DNA of 64,000 nt, taken from contig JAHQWG010000003.1 of NCBI GenBank assembly GCA_029856045.1, positions 1 to 64,000 of the forward strand, read 5' to 3'. The position numbers were made by a program, and so were the translations under genes. Shown here in pieces: positions 49,179-58,324 of the stretch; position 1 is the stretch's first letter; every line of letters starts with the position of its first letter. The DNA comes from Promethearchaeia archaeon (GTDB lineage: Archaea > Asgardarchaeota > Lokiarchaeia > Sigyniarchaeales > SOKP01). Under the pieces are notes generated by a model that was not told where the DNA came from, searched no databases, and saw only the letters and a program-made list of their open reading frames with translations.

Positions 49179-50243
49179 ATGGTATTTGATTTAAGAAGAT
49201 GTGATTTTTCGAAATGTAAAGGAGAATGTCTTGCAATGTGCTTATTTGTTGATTATGATGAGCAAAAAGCTAAAGCGGATATGGCCAAATTAATAGCTCA
49301 AGAACCTGCTGATATTCTTGCTAAATGTGTTACTTGTTATGGGTGTAATGAATATTGTCCTCAAGGAGCAAATCCATGGGATTTGATAAATCAAATGCAG
49401 GAAAAGACAGGTCTTTATATATATCCAAAAGAAGCTAAAAAAACTGCTTTAGGATGGGCAGAAAAAGAAGATAAGATCGTTAAAGGAGATCCTGATAAAC
49501 CTGCTGTTTCTATAGGTGGTTTTCCTGATGCACTTCCATGGGAGAAAGTTTTTAAAGGAAAGTTATTTGAAGGATTACCACTAATAATGGGTGGATCATA
49601 TTGCTGCAGAGCACCAGAAACACATATGTGTGATGCTAATTCTGCCTTAGATACCCTTCCATCATTAGTAAAAAATCTTGCTGATACAGGATATAAGGAA
49701 ATAATTTTTTATCATGATGCATGTTGGGGTTTTGTAACATCTGAAGCACTTGCTAAAATGATTGAAGTTCCTTTTAAACCAATTCATCTTATGGAATATA
49801 TTCGAGATTGGCTAAGAGAGCATAAAGATTTAATCACTCCATTAAATATTAAAGTTGCATATCAACGACCTTGTACTACAAGATATAATCCTCATGGAGA
49901 TTTAAAAGAAGGTTTCTATGATTGGGTTGAACAAACTTTTGAATTACTCGGTTGTGAGCTTGTAGAGCGAACATATCAAAAGGAAAATACCATGTGCTGT
50001 TGTTCCGGTATTTTTCCAACCCAGAAAGAACGTGCTATGAGTTATGTAAGAAAGAACCTGCAAGATGCTAAAGATGCTGGAGCAGATAATTATATTACAT
50101 TCTGTCCTATCTGTACTGCAGTAATGCGAGGTACAGCTAGAAAAATGGAAATGGAACCTTATCATATAATAATGCTCGTACAAAAGGCACTTGGTGAAGA
50201 TTTACCATTAGGGGGAGCAGGAATCGGAACTCCAGTTCATTAG
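49179..50243 (+). CDS. Fe-S oxidoreductase with ferredoxin-like N-terminus and CCG domain(s) (HdrD/GlpC-like)
   Basis: CVTCYGCNEYCP, YCC, YQRPC, MCCCSG, FCPIC. Confidence 0.8.
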   Translation: MVFDLRRCDFSKCKGECLAMCLFVDYDEQKAKADMAKLIAQEPADILAKCVTCYGCNEYCPQGANPWDLINQMQEKTGLYIYPKEAKKTALGWAEKEDKIVKGDPDKPAVSIGGFPDALPWEKVFKGKLFEGLPLIMGGSYCCRAPETHMCDANSALDTLPSLVKNLADTGYKEIIFYHDACWGFVTSEALAKMIEVPFKPIHLMEYIRDWLREHKDLITPLNIKVAYQRPCTTRYNPHGDLKEGFYDWVEQTFELLGCELVERTYQKENTMCCCSGIFPTQKERAMSYVRKNLQDAKDAGADNYITFCPICTAVMRGTARKMEMEPYHIIMLVQKALGEDLPLGGAGIGTPVH

Positions 50244-50291
50244 TAAAAATAATCAAATATTTTTTTTTTTATATATAAATAAGGATTTAAG

Positions 50292-51002
50292 ATGAGAGTT
50301 CTTATAAGTATACGTTCACTTGAAGAATTGCAACCTGCCTTAGAAGGAAAAGCTGATATTATAGATCTAAAGAATCCAGACGAAGGTTCATTAGGTGCAG
50401 CCGTTCCTTCATTTATTAAAAAAGTTAAAAAATTAGCATTAAATAATTTAGTAAGTGCGGCAATCGGAGATATGCCAAACCTTCCAGGAACTGCAGCATT
50501 AGCCGCATTTGGAGCTGCAAAATCAGGAGCAGATTATGTAAAAGTAGGACTTTTTGGAGTAACTAATGAGGAAGAAGGAATAAAATTGATGACTGAAGTA
50601 GTTAATGCTGTGAAAGAGGCCAACTCAGATGTTGTAGTAGTTGGGGCTGGTTATGCAGATTCAAGATCTTTTGGCGGTGTTGATCCGTTGATAATTCCTA
50701 ATATTGTGAAATCAGCAGGTGCTGAAATTGCAATGTTAGATACCGCTGTAAAAGATGGTAGAAGGTTATTTGATTTTTTAAATTTAAAGGAATTAAAAAA
50801 TTTTGTAGATAATGCTCATAATCAAAATTTATTGGTAGCGCTCGCAGGATCTCTTCGTACTGAAGATTTATCTATTATTAAACAATTAGGCGCTGATATT
50901 GTAGGATTTAGAGGTGCTGCGTGTAGTAATAATGATCGGAGGAAGGGTGTTGTTACAACAGATCGTGTTGCCAAGATTATGAAAATCACTAATAATTTAT
51001 AA
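50292..51002 (+). CDS. mfnB: (5-formylfuran-3-yl)methyl phosphate (4-HFC-P) synthase
   Basis: DIIDLKNPDEGSLGA, SAAIGD, YVKVG, GYAD, MLDTAVKDG, LAGSL, VGFRGAAC. Confidence 0.88.
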   Translation: MRVLISIRSLEELQPALEGKADIIDLKNPDEGSLGAAVPSFIKKVKKLALNNLVSAAIGDMPNLPGTAALAAFGAAKSGADYVKVGLFGVTNEEEGIKLMTEVVNAVKEANSDVVVVGAGYADSRSFGGVDPLIIPNIVKSAGAEIAMLDTAVKDGRRLFDFLNLKELKNFVDNAHNQNLLVALAGSLRTEDLSIIKQLGADIVGFRGAACSNNDRRKGVVTTDRVAKIMKITNNL

Positions 51003-51057
51003 AACAATTAAAATATTATTTTAAAAATTTTAAATAAATTAAAAAAAGTATAAAAAA

Positions 51058-51312
51058 ATGTCAACAAAAATAATAAAGCATATAGATGATAGATGTTATG
51101 CTTGCAAAACGTGTGAATTAGTTTGTTCTTTTCACCATAATAAAGTATTTCAGCCATCAAAATCGAGTATATCCGTAGAAAGAGACCATTTAAATGGTAT
51201 TTGGACATGGACATTAGATGATAGTTGCGATAATTGTGAAAACGAAGAGGAGCCATTGTGTGTTAAATTTTGTTTATATAATGCTATTGTAATTAAGGAG
51301 GAGGAAGATTAA
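51058..51312 (+). CDS. Small Fe-S protein, AOR-associated
   Basis: CYACKTCELVCS, CDNC...PLCVKFC; abuts the AOR gene. Confidence 0.8.
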   Translation: MSTKIIKHIDDRCYACKTCELVCSFHHNKVFQPSKSSISVERDHLNGIWTWTLDDSCDNCENEEEPLCVKFCLYNAIVIKEEED

Positions 51313-51313
51313 T

Positions 51314-53233
51314 ATGAATAGATTTAAAATTAAAGGAGGAATTACGGGGAAGATTTTACGTGTTGATTTAAGTGCAGAGAAAGTAAGAGTTGAGGAAAAT
51401 AAATATGCTGAAAGATGGATTGCAGGAAGGGCTTTGAGTAGCTGGATTCTCTTGAATGAAATGGACCCCACAACTAAATGGTCTGATCCTGAAAATTATC
51501 TTATTTTTGGTGCTGGTGCATTAATTGGTACGATCGCTCCTGCTAGCTGCCGGACAAACATCGATACGATAAATGTATTTAATAATGGAAAAGGATCCTC
51601 TAATGTTGGTGGGCATTTTAGCCCAGAGATGAAATTTGCAGGGTTTGATCAAATAATCATAAAAGGTAAGGCTGAAAAGCCTGTCTATTTATTTATCTCT
51701 GATGGTAAAGCTGAAATTCGTGATGCATCACATCTTTGGGGCAAAAGTACTTATGAAACTGAAGATATACTTAAGAAAGAATTAAGAGATAATAAAATTG
51801 AGATAGCTTCTATTGGTCCTGCTGGAGAAAATTTAGTTCATGGATCCGCAATAATTATAGATTGTGGTAGGGCTGCTGGTGGGTCTGGGGTTGGATGTGT
51901 TATGGGAGATAAAAAATTAAAAGCTATTGTAGTTCGAGGACACAACTCAGTGAAAGTTGCTCATCCAGAAGAATTTTTACAAAGAGCTTATGAAGCATAT
52001 CAGAAAATAATAAAACGTCCTACAGCTAAAGTATTCCGTAAAAAAACTCTTGCAGGAATGGTATATAATGACTCTGAACAATTTGATGATCTATGGGAAA
52101 TGATGCATTCTACTAAAAATTCTCAAGATGTACATTGGTCTCGTGAACAACGTTCAAGAATAATGGGTAAGGAAGGTGTTGGAAAATTCTTTAAAAAAGT
52201 TCAAGCGTGTTATGCATGTCCTGTAGGTTGTCAGCCATATTCTGAAATTAATGAAGGAAAATTTAAGGGTTCCAAGGGATTAGGTTATTGGATTAATTCA
52301 GTTATGTGGTCTGGAAAGATGGATGTTACTGATCCAGAAGCTTCATTAAGATATCATCTTCGTGCTAATCAATTGGGCTTGGATGGAGATGACTCATCCG
52401 TCGTTATGTCTTGGGCATTCGAGGCATATGAAAAAGGATTGTTAACAAAAGAAGATGTTGATGGCTTAATTTTAACATGGGGTAATTCTGATGCAATGCT
52501 TGAATTACAGGAAAAAATAGCTTCACGTGATGGTTTTGGTGATTTTCTTGCAGATGGTGTAGTTGCTGCAGCAAAAAAACTTGGAAAAGGTTCAGAAAAA
52601 TTTGCTATTAATCAAAAAGGACAAGATTCACTTGATCCATATCGTGTTTGTAAGGGATGGTCTCTCGCGTGTGCCACATCTCCAATTGCAGGGCGTCATA
52701 TGAGGGGAAGCATCAATATACCGATTGCATTTGGGCCAAAAGGTGTAAAATTTAATCCATATTCTTATGAAGACCAACCACCAATAGTATTTTGGGAATT
52801 ACGAGCTAAAGAAATTGAAGACATTACTGGAATCTGTGTTTATGTAGGAACTTGGTCTGGTGTATATGCACTTGAACCTTCAGATTATGTCGAATTAACT
52901 AATTTAGCATTAGGAATTAACCTAACGGAAGAGGATTTCATGCTCTTAGGGCAAAAAGGTTATAACTTAGAGAAAGCATTTAATACCATTCATGTTGGAT
53001 TTAAACGCGAAGATGACCTTCCACATCGAAGATTCTTTGAAGATCCTATATTATCAGGGCCACATAAAGGAGAAACCTTAAATAAAGAAAAATATAATTC
53101 TATGTTAGATGCATTTTATGAACTTCATGGATGGGATAAAGAAACGAGTTGGCAAACCCGTAAAACTTTAGAATCTTTGGGACTATCCGATGTAGCCGAA
53201 AAATTAGCAGAAGTTGGTCGGTTGATTGAATAA
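51314..53233 (+). CDS. Tungsten aldehyde:ferredoxin oxidoreductase-family protein (atypical active-site region)
   Basis: GKILRVDLS, IGPAGEN, MGDKKLKA, CYACPVGC, LGLD, DITGIC, FYELHGWD. Confidence 0.9.
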   Translation: MNRFKIKGGITGKILRVDLSAEKVRVEENKYAERWIAGRALSSWILLNEMDPTTKWSDPENYLIFGAGALIGTIAPASCRTNIDTINVFNNGKGSSNVGGHFSPEMKFAGFDQIIIKGKAEKPVYLFISDGKAEIRDASHLWGKSTYETEDILKKELRDNKIEIASIGPAGENLVHGSAIIIDCGRAAGGSGVGCVMGDKKLKAIVVRGHNSVKVAHPEEFLQRAYEAYQKIIKRPTAKVFRKKTLAGMVYNDSEQFDDLWEMMHSTKNSQDVHWSREQRSRIMGKEGVGKFFKKVQACYACPVGCQPYSEINEGKFKGSKGLGYWINSVMWSGKMDVTDPEASLRYHLRANQLGLDGDDSSVVMSWAFEAYEKGLLTKEDVDGLILTWGNSDAMLELQEKIASRDGFGDFLADGVVAAAKKLGKGSEKFAINQKGQDSLDPYRVCKGWSLACATSPIAGRHMRGSINIPIAFGPKGVKFNPYSYEDQPPIVFWELRAKEIEDITGICVYVGTWSGVYALEPSDYVELTNLALGINLTEEDFMLLGQKGYNLEKAFNTIHVGFKREDDLPHRRFFEDPILSGPHKGETLNKEKYNSMLDAFYELHGWDKETSWQTRKTLESLGLSDVAEKLAEVGRLIE

Positions 53234-53495
53234 TATTTTTAAGAATTAATACAAACTTTTATTTTTTTATTTTTTTCTATTTCAGTTTTTAAATAATTTT
53301 TCCTGTATTTTTTTTTTAAGATATTTAATTTATCTTCTAAAACGGAAAAAAAATGAACTAGTTTTTGAATTATAACCTTTCCTCCACAATTTTGTATATC
53401 TTTAAATCTAAAATTTTAAAACAAATTGAATAATTAATTACTTAAGTTCAGAGAACGTGTTTTACCCCAATTTAATAAAAGAAAGAAAGACCATT

Positions 53496-54440
53496 ATGCC
53501 TGAAAAAAAGTTAAAATATTCATTCTATCTAGGATGTGTTATTCCCAATAGATACCCTTTTATTGAGCAATCTGTGCGAAATGTGTTTAAGGAATTAGGA
53601 ATAGGGCTGATAGATATGCAGGGAGCGTCCTGTTGTCCAGCTCCTGGAGTATTCAGAGGATTTAGCATACCTCTTTGGCTTGTGGTGGGAGCGCGAAATA
53701 TTTCTATAGCAGAAGAGAATGGTGCCGATATTGTCCTTATGTGTAATGGATGTTATGCTACTTTGCTTGAAGTGAATGTTATGCTAAAACATGATAAAAA
53801 AAAGCGGGATATGGTAAATGAGCATCTTGCAAAAATAGGTAGGGAATTCAAAGGGACAATCGAAGTAAAACACATAATTGATGTTTTATATTATGATTTT
53901 GGACTTGATAAACTTAAAGATTATACCAACATCAAGTTCCCTAATTTAAGAGTTGGTGTGCATTATGGATGTCATATATTGAAAGATTCTACGCATCGAC
54001 CATGGCATGGAGAATCTGAAGATCCGAGGTTTTTCGAGGAATTAATTGAAATAACCGGGGCAAAATGCATAGATTACAAAGATCGGTTAATGTGTTGTGG
54101 AGCAGGAGGGGCTGTCCGAACAGCATCATTAGAGGTATCTCTTGATTACACTAGAGAAAAGCTTGAAAATATGCGAAATGTTGGGGTTGATTGTTGTATG
54201 GTTTGTTGTCCATTTTGTCATTTACAACTTGATTTGGGTCAAGTGCAGGTGAATGAGACATTTAAAGATATTATTGGGGAACCTTATAAGATTCCCATTA
54301 TTTATTACACGCAATTATTAGGATTATCAATGGGAATGAATCCTCGAGAGTTAGGATTAGTAGCCACTCATAAATTAGCGGGCGTTCCCCCATTTATTCC
54401 AATTAAATCATTTATGGATAAAATCAAGGAACACATATAA
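53496..54440 (+). CDS. hdrB: Heterodisulfide reductase subunit B
   Basis: YLGC, SCCPAPG, CNGC, HYGCH, CCGAGG, CPFCHLQ; ATG 53496 preferred over GTG 53457. Confidence 0.95.
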   Translation: MPEKKLKYSFYLGCVIPNRYPFIEQSVRNVFKELGIGLIDMQGASCCPAPGVFRGFSIPLWLVVGARNISIAEENGADIVLMCNGCYATLLEVNVMLKHDKKKRDMVNEHLAKIGREFKGTIEVKHIIDVLYYDFGLDKLKDYTNIKFPNLRVGVHYGCHILKDSTHRPWHGESEDPRFFEELIEITGAKCIDYKDRLMCCGAGGAVRTASLEVSLDYTREKLENMRNVGVDCCMVCCPFCHLQLDLGQVQVNETFKDIIGEPYKIPIIYYTQLLGLSMGMNPRELGLVATHKLAGVPPFIPIKSFMDKIKEHI

Positions 54441-54455
54441 AAGAATGTTGAGAAG

Positions 54456-56462
54456 ATGTCTAATACTATAAATACTGATGAAGAAATAAAAATCGGAATA
54501 TATGTATGCCACTGCGGTATTAATATTGCTGGAGTTATTGATACAACTACACTTACTGAATACGCAAAGACTTTACCAAATGTTAGTCTTTCAAAAGAAT
54601 ATACATTTATGTGTAGTAGTATAGGGCAGGAAATGATTAAAGAAGATATTAATAAAGGTTTAATAAATCGCGTGGTTGTTGCAGCATGTAGCCCACGAAT
54701 GCATGAGCCTACATTTAGAACAGTGGTTAGAGAAGCGGGTTTGAATGAATTTTTATTTGAACAAGCAAATATTCGTGAGCATGCATCATGGGTAAATTTA
54801 AATGATTCTGAAGGAGCATTAAAGATTGCAAAAGACCATGTGAGAATGGCTGTTGCAAAATTAAATGAATTAAAACCATTAGAAGTTGAGCTTGTAAAAG
54901 TTGAGCCGACTTGTTTAATAATTGGTGCCGGAATTGCCGGGATGTATGCATCCTTAGATTTAGCACAAGAAGGATATGATGTTTATTTGGTAGAAAAAGA
55001 ACCGACCATAGGGGGACATATGGCACAATTAGATAAGACCTTTCCAACAATGGATTGCTCGGCATGTATCTTAACGCCAAAAATGGTAGATGTTGAGAGA
55101 GAGGAAAAAATTCATCTTATGACATATTCCGAAGTTGATAATGTAGATGGATATGTAGGAAATTTTGATGTTACCATAAAGAAAAAACCTCATTATATTG
55201 ATCAAGAAGCATGTACAGGATGCGGAGCATGCGCTATAGAGTGTCCAGTTATTTGCGGGAATGAATTTGAGTTAAGTATAGGAACTAGAAAAGCAGCTTA
55301 TATTCCATTTCCGCAAGCAATTCCTGGGAAATATACGATTGATATGATTAAATGTATTAAATGTGGTATATGCGCAAGTCCCGATGTTTGTGAACCAGAT
55401 GCTATAAGATTAGATCAGAAACCGGAATATATAGACGTGAAAGTAGGAACAATTATTGTTGCTACAGGATGGGATTTATATGATCCAACAGAATTAAAGC
55501 AATATGGTTACGGAAAGTATCCAAACGTGATAACTGGCCTTGAAATGGAAAGGTTATTAAGTTCATATGGGCCTCTTGAGGGGAAACCTGTAAGACCTTC
55601 TGATTTAAAACCACCACATGTCTTAGGATTTCTACAATGTGTAGGTAGTAGGGATTTCCGTCCAGGAAAGAATAAATATTGTTCCCGTGTTTGTTGTATG
55701 TATGCAACGAAACAAGCCAGACAGTATAAAGAAAAACATCCAGAAGCGTCCGTTTATATCTTTTACACGGATATACGAGCCTTTGGTAAGGGATATGAAG
55801 AATTTTATGAATCCGCAGGAGAAAATTTTAATATTAAATTTATTCGCGGAAGAATTGGAGAACTGTATGAAAATAAAGATCACAGCCTTATTGTTCGAGC
55901 TGAAGATACTTTCCTTCAAAAACAAATTGAGATAAAGTTAGATATGTTAGTGTTATCATGTGGTTTAGAACCAAGGCATGATTCCGATCAGCTTGCATCA
56001 CTACTTACTATTCAAAAATCATCTGATGGGTTTTTCATGGAAGCTCATCCAAAACTTCGTCCGGTTGATACACTAACAAGTGGAATTTTCATTGCGGGTG
56101 TTGCCCAAGGGCCAAAGGATATCCCTGATACTGTAGCTCAGGCAAAAGGAGCAGCATCCAGTGCTGCTACATTAATGGCTAAGGGTGAATTTGAAATTGA
56201 GCCCTATTACTCCATAGTTTTAGAAGAAAAATGTAGCGGCTGTAAAAGTTGTCAAAGCCTGTGTCCATTTAATGCAATAAGTTTTGATGTGTTTAAAAAT
56301 ATTGCAGTAATCAATAAAGCTCTTTGTAAAGGCTGCGGAACATGCGTTGCGGCTTGTCCATCAGATGCTATTGTCCAGAATCACTTTTCAGACGATCAAA
56401 TTTTTGCTATGATCAATACAGCCATTCCACCACTAGCAAAAACAGAAAATGGAGGTAAATAA
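54456..56462 (+). CDS. hdrA: Heterodisulfide reductase subunit A (Cys form)
   Basis: VCHCGINIA, ACSPRMHE, GAGIAG, LDKTFPTMDCSAC, CVGSR, CSRVCC, EAHPKLRP. Confidence 0.96.
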   Translation: MSNTINTDEEIKIGIYVCHCGINIAGVIDTTTLTEYAKTLPNVSLSKEYTFMCSSIGQEMIKEDINKGLINRVVVAACSPRMHEPTFRTVVREAGLNEFLFEQANIREHASWVNLNDSEGALKIAKDHVRMAVAKLNELKPLEVELVKVEPTCLIIGAGIAGMYASLDLAQEGYDVYLVEKEPTIGGHMAQLDKTFPTMDCSACILTPKMVDVEREEKIHLMTYSEVDNVDGYVGNFDVTIKKKPHYIDQEACTGCGACAIECPVICGNEFELSIGTRKAAYIPFPQAIPGKYTIDMIKCIKCGICASPDVCEPDAIRLDQKPEYIDVKVGTIIVATGWDLYDPTELKQYGYGKYPNVITGLEMERLLSSYGPLEGKPVRPSDLKPPHVLGFLQCVGSRDFRPGKNKYCSRVCCMYATKQARQYKEKHPEASVYIFYTDIRAFGKGYEEFYESAGENFNIKFIRGRIGELYENKDHSLIVRAEDTFLQKQIEIKLDMLVLSCGLEPRHDSDQLASLLTIQKSSDGFFMEAHPKLRPVDTLTSGIFIAGVAQGPKDIPDTVAQAKGAASSAATLMAKGEFEIEPYYSIVLEEKCSGCKSCQSLCPFNAISFDVFKNIAVINKALCKGCGTCVAACPSDAIVQNHFSDDQIFAMINTAIPPLAKTENGGK

Positions 56463-56463
56463 T

Positions 56464-56892
56464 ATGGCCAAAGTAAAGGAAGATTATGACCCTTATATTT
56501 TAGGAATTTGCTGCAATTGGTGTACATATGCTGGTGCAGACCAAGCAGGGACTTCACGTATGCAAAGGCCCGCAAATTTAAGAATTTTAAGAGTTATGTG
56601 TGGTGGGAGAATGGAACCGATAATGGTACTTCAAGCATTGAAAAATGGCGCGGATGGCGTTCTTGTAAGTCATTGTCATGCCGGTGATTGCCATTATGTA
56701 GAAGGGAATCTTAAAACATTTCGAAAAATGCCATTATTTATAAAAATGCTTGGACAATTTGGAATTAATCCAAAGAGAGTAAAATACACGCAAGTTTCCG
56801 CAAGTGAAGGAGCTGAATTAACAGAAATTGTAAAGGAATTTGTTAAAGAATTAAAAGAAATTGGACCAAATCCATTAAAAATGGAGGAATAA
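56464..56892 (+). CDS. mvhD: MvhD iron-sulfur subunit
   Basis: CCNWCTYAGAD, RVMCGGR, CHAGDCHY; GGAGG before ATG 56464. Confidence 0.93.
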   Translation: MAKVKEDYDPYILGICCNWCTYAGADQAGTSRMQRPANLRILRVMCGGRMEPIMVLQALKNGADGVLVSHCHAGDCHYVEGNLKTFRKMPLFIKMLGQFGINPKRVKYTQVSASEGAELTEIVKEFVKELKEIGPNPLKMEE

Positions 56893-56895
56893 GAA

Positions 56896-57156
56896 ATGAA
56901 AGTTTATAGCATTGAAGTTAATAAAGTTTTATGTACAGGTTGTAATGATTGTGTTGTAAGTTGTCCGGTAAATTTTGATCAGTTAAAAGAAAAAGGTTAT
57001 TTAACTAATGAAAACGCAGTTATTTTAGTTAAAAACGGCTATGCAAATGAAGTATATGATGAAAATAGAACTACAAATTGTACCGGCTGTGGAATTTGTG
57101 TTGAGATTTGCCCGCAAAAAGCAATTAATATAAAGATAGTTGAAATGTTAGAATAA
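56896..57156 (+). CDS. fwdG: FwdG-like ferredoxin subunit
   Basis: CTGCNDCVVSCPVN, CTGCGICVEICP. Confidence 0.8.
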   Translation: MKVYSIEVNKVLCTGCNDCVVSCPVNFDQLKEKGYLTNENAVILVKNGYANEVYDENRTTNCTGCGICVEICPQKAINIKIVEMLE

Positions 57157-57219
57157 ATCAAATAATTTTAATTAAAGAAAATAAAAAGATTATTAATAAT
57201 TAGTAGTTGAGAAATAAAG

Positions 57220-57927
57220 ATGTCATTTCCAAAAATATCAAGGACAATAACCAAAGAAATGGAAAGTGTTCGAGTAAAATATCTAATTGAGAGTACTCAA
57301 CTTGATTTAGATAAGACGAAATGTGTGGGTTGTGGAGTATGTTCTAAGGTTTGTCCCAAGGAAGCAGTATCTAGAGGTCCAGTAGGTGCAACAAAAAGAT
57401 TATCCACCGAAGATCTTGTTCCAAATATATATGATCCAAATAAATGCAGTTTTTGTGGAGTCTGTGTCTATATGTGCCCATTCTTTGCGCTCTCAATTTA
57501 TTATAATGGTGAGAAAGTAGAATCTATTGATTTACCATTAGTTCAAAAGAAAGCACTACCTAAATTAGAATTTGAATTGAAAGATTGTGAAAAAATTGGT
57601 CGTCAAGCTAAACAGTATGTTGAAGGGAAGATCAGCATTGTTACAGAAGAATGTGCAGGTGGTTGTTCTACTTGCGTTGATGTTTGCCCCACGGGAGCTA
57701 TAACACTTCCAGAAAAACAAAAAGAAACACCTGGTTGGGAAAAATCACCCAAAATTGAACTCGACGATAAAAAATGTATATATTGTGGAACTTGTGATAA
57801 TGCTTGCCCAACGGGTGCAATAAAGCTTGAAATTACTGAAGTAAAATATTCTGGTGATTATAACGAGCCGTTTTGGCCAGATATGGTTGAACGATTGAAA
57901 ATGATGAGAAGGGGTGGAAAGGAATAA
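57220..57927 (+). CDS. fwdF: FwdF-like polyferredoxin (four cluster motifs)
   Basis: Four CxxCxxCxxxCP-type motifs, located in the fwd cluster. Confidence 0.75.
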   Translation: MSFPKISRTITKEMESVRVKYLIESTQLDLDKTKCVGCGVCSKVCPKEAVSRGPVGATKRLSTEDLVPNIYDPNKCSFCGVCVYMCPFFALSIYYNGEKVESIDLPLVQKKALPKLEFELKDCEKIGRQAKQYVEGKISIVTEECAGGCSTCVDVCPTGAITLPEKQKETPGWEKSPKIELDDKKCIYCGTCDNACPTGAIKLEITEVKYSGDYNEPFWPDMVERLKMMRRGGKE

Positions 57928-57928
57928 A

Positions 57929-58309
57929 ATGAAGTTTTTTCTCACCAGCGGTCGAACCATAGACCAGGGAGTTGCCCTTGAAGGTCAAAAACTAGGAAGG
58001 GAAAATATAAAAGCTTGTGCAATTTGTGAATTTGATAAAGATGATTTTAAAAAATTAGATTGCATGATTGGAACGCCTGTCAAGGTCACTACAAAATTTG
58101 GGGAAGTGGTTGTATATTCTCAAATTACAGAACAAGGACCCCACCCTGGCTTAATCTTTATTCCAATGGGTCCTTGGGCGAATGCTATTATTGATCCTGA
58201 AACTTATGGCACAGGAATGCCCTCATACAAGGGAACCGATGCGGAAGTAGAAGTAGTAAAAAGTGGGAAGATTCTTTCAGCATTAGAAATAGTTAAAAGT
58301 TATAAATAA
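57929..58309 (+). CDS. fwdD: Formylmethanofuran dehydrogenase subunit D
   Basis: SGRTIDQG, FIPMGPWAN, TYGTGMPSYKG. Confidence 0.92.
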   Translation: MKFFLTSGRTIDQGVALEGQKLGRENIKACAICEFDKDDFKKLDCMIGTPVKVTTKFGEVVVYSQITEQGPHPGLIFIPMGPWANAIIDPETYGTGMPSYKGTDAEVEVVKSGKILSALEIVKSYK

Positions 58310-58324
58310 AAAGAGGCAAAATAA

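Noticed and set aside
51058-53233. Assignment as class II benzoyl-CoA reductase BamBC
   Set aside because: Some resemblance (MGDK, small Fe-S partner), but no Cys at the expected W-ligand position and no aromatic-degradation genes nearby.
41854-53495. Calling the interval a mobile element
   Set aside because: No transposase, integrase, terminal inverted repeat or target-site duplication was seen.
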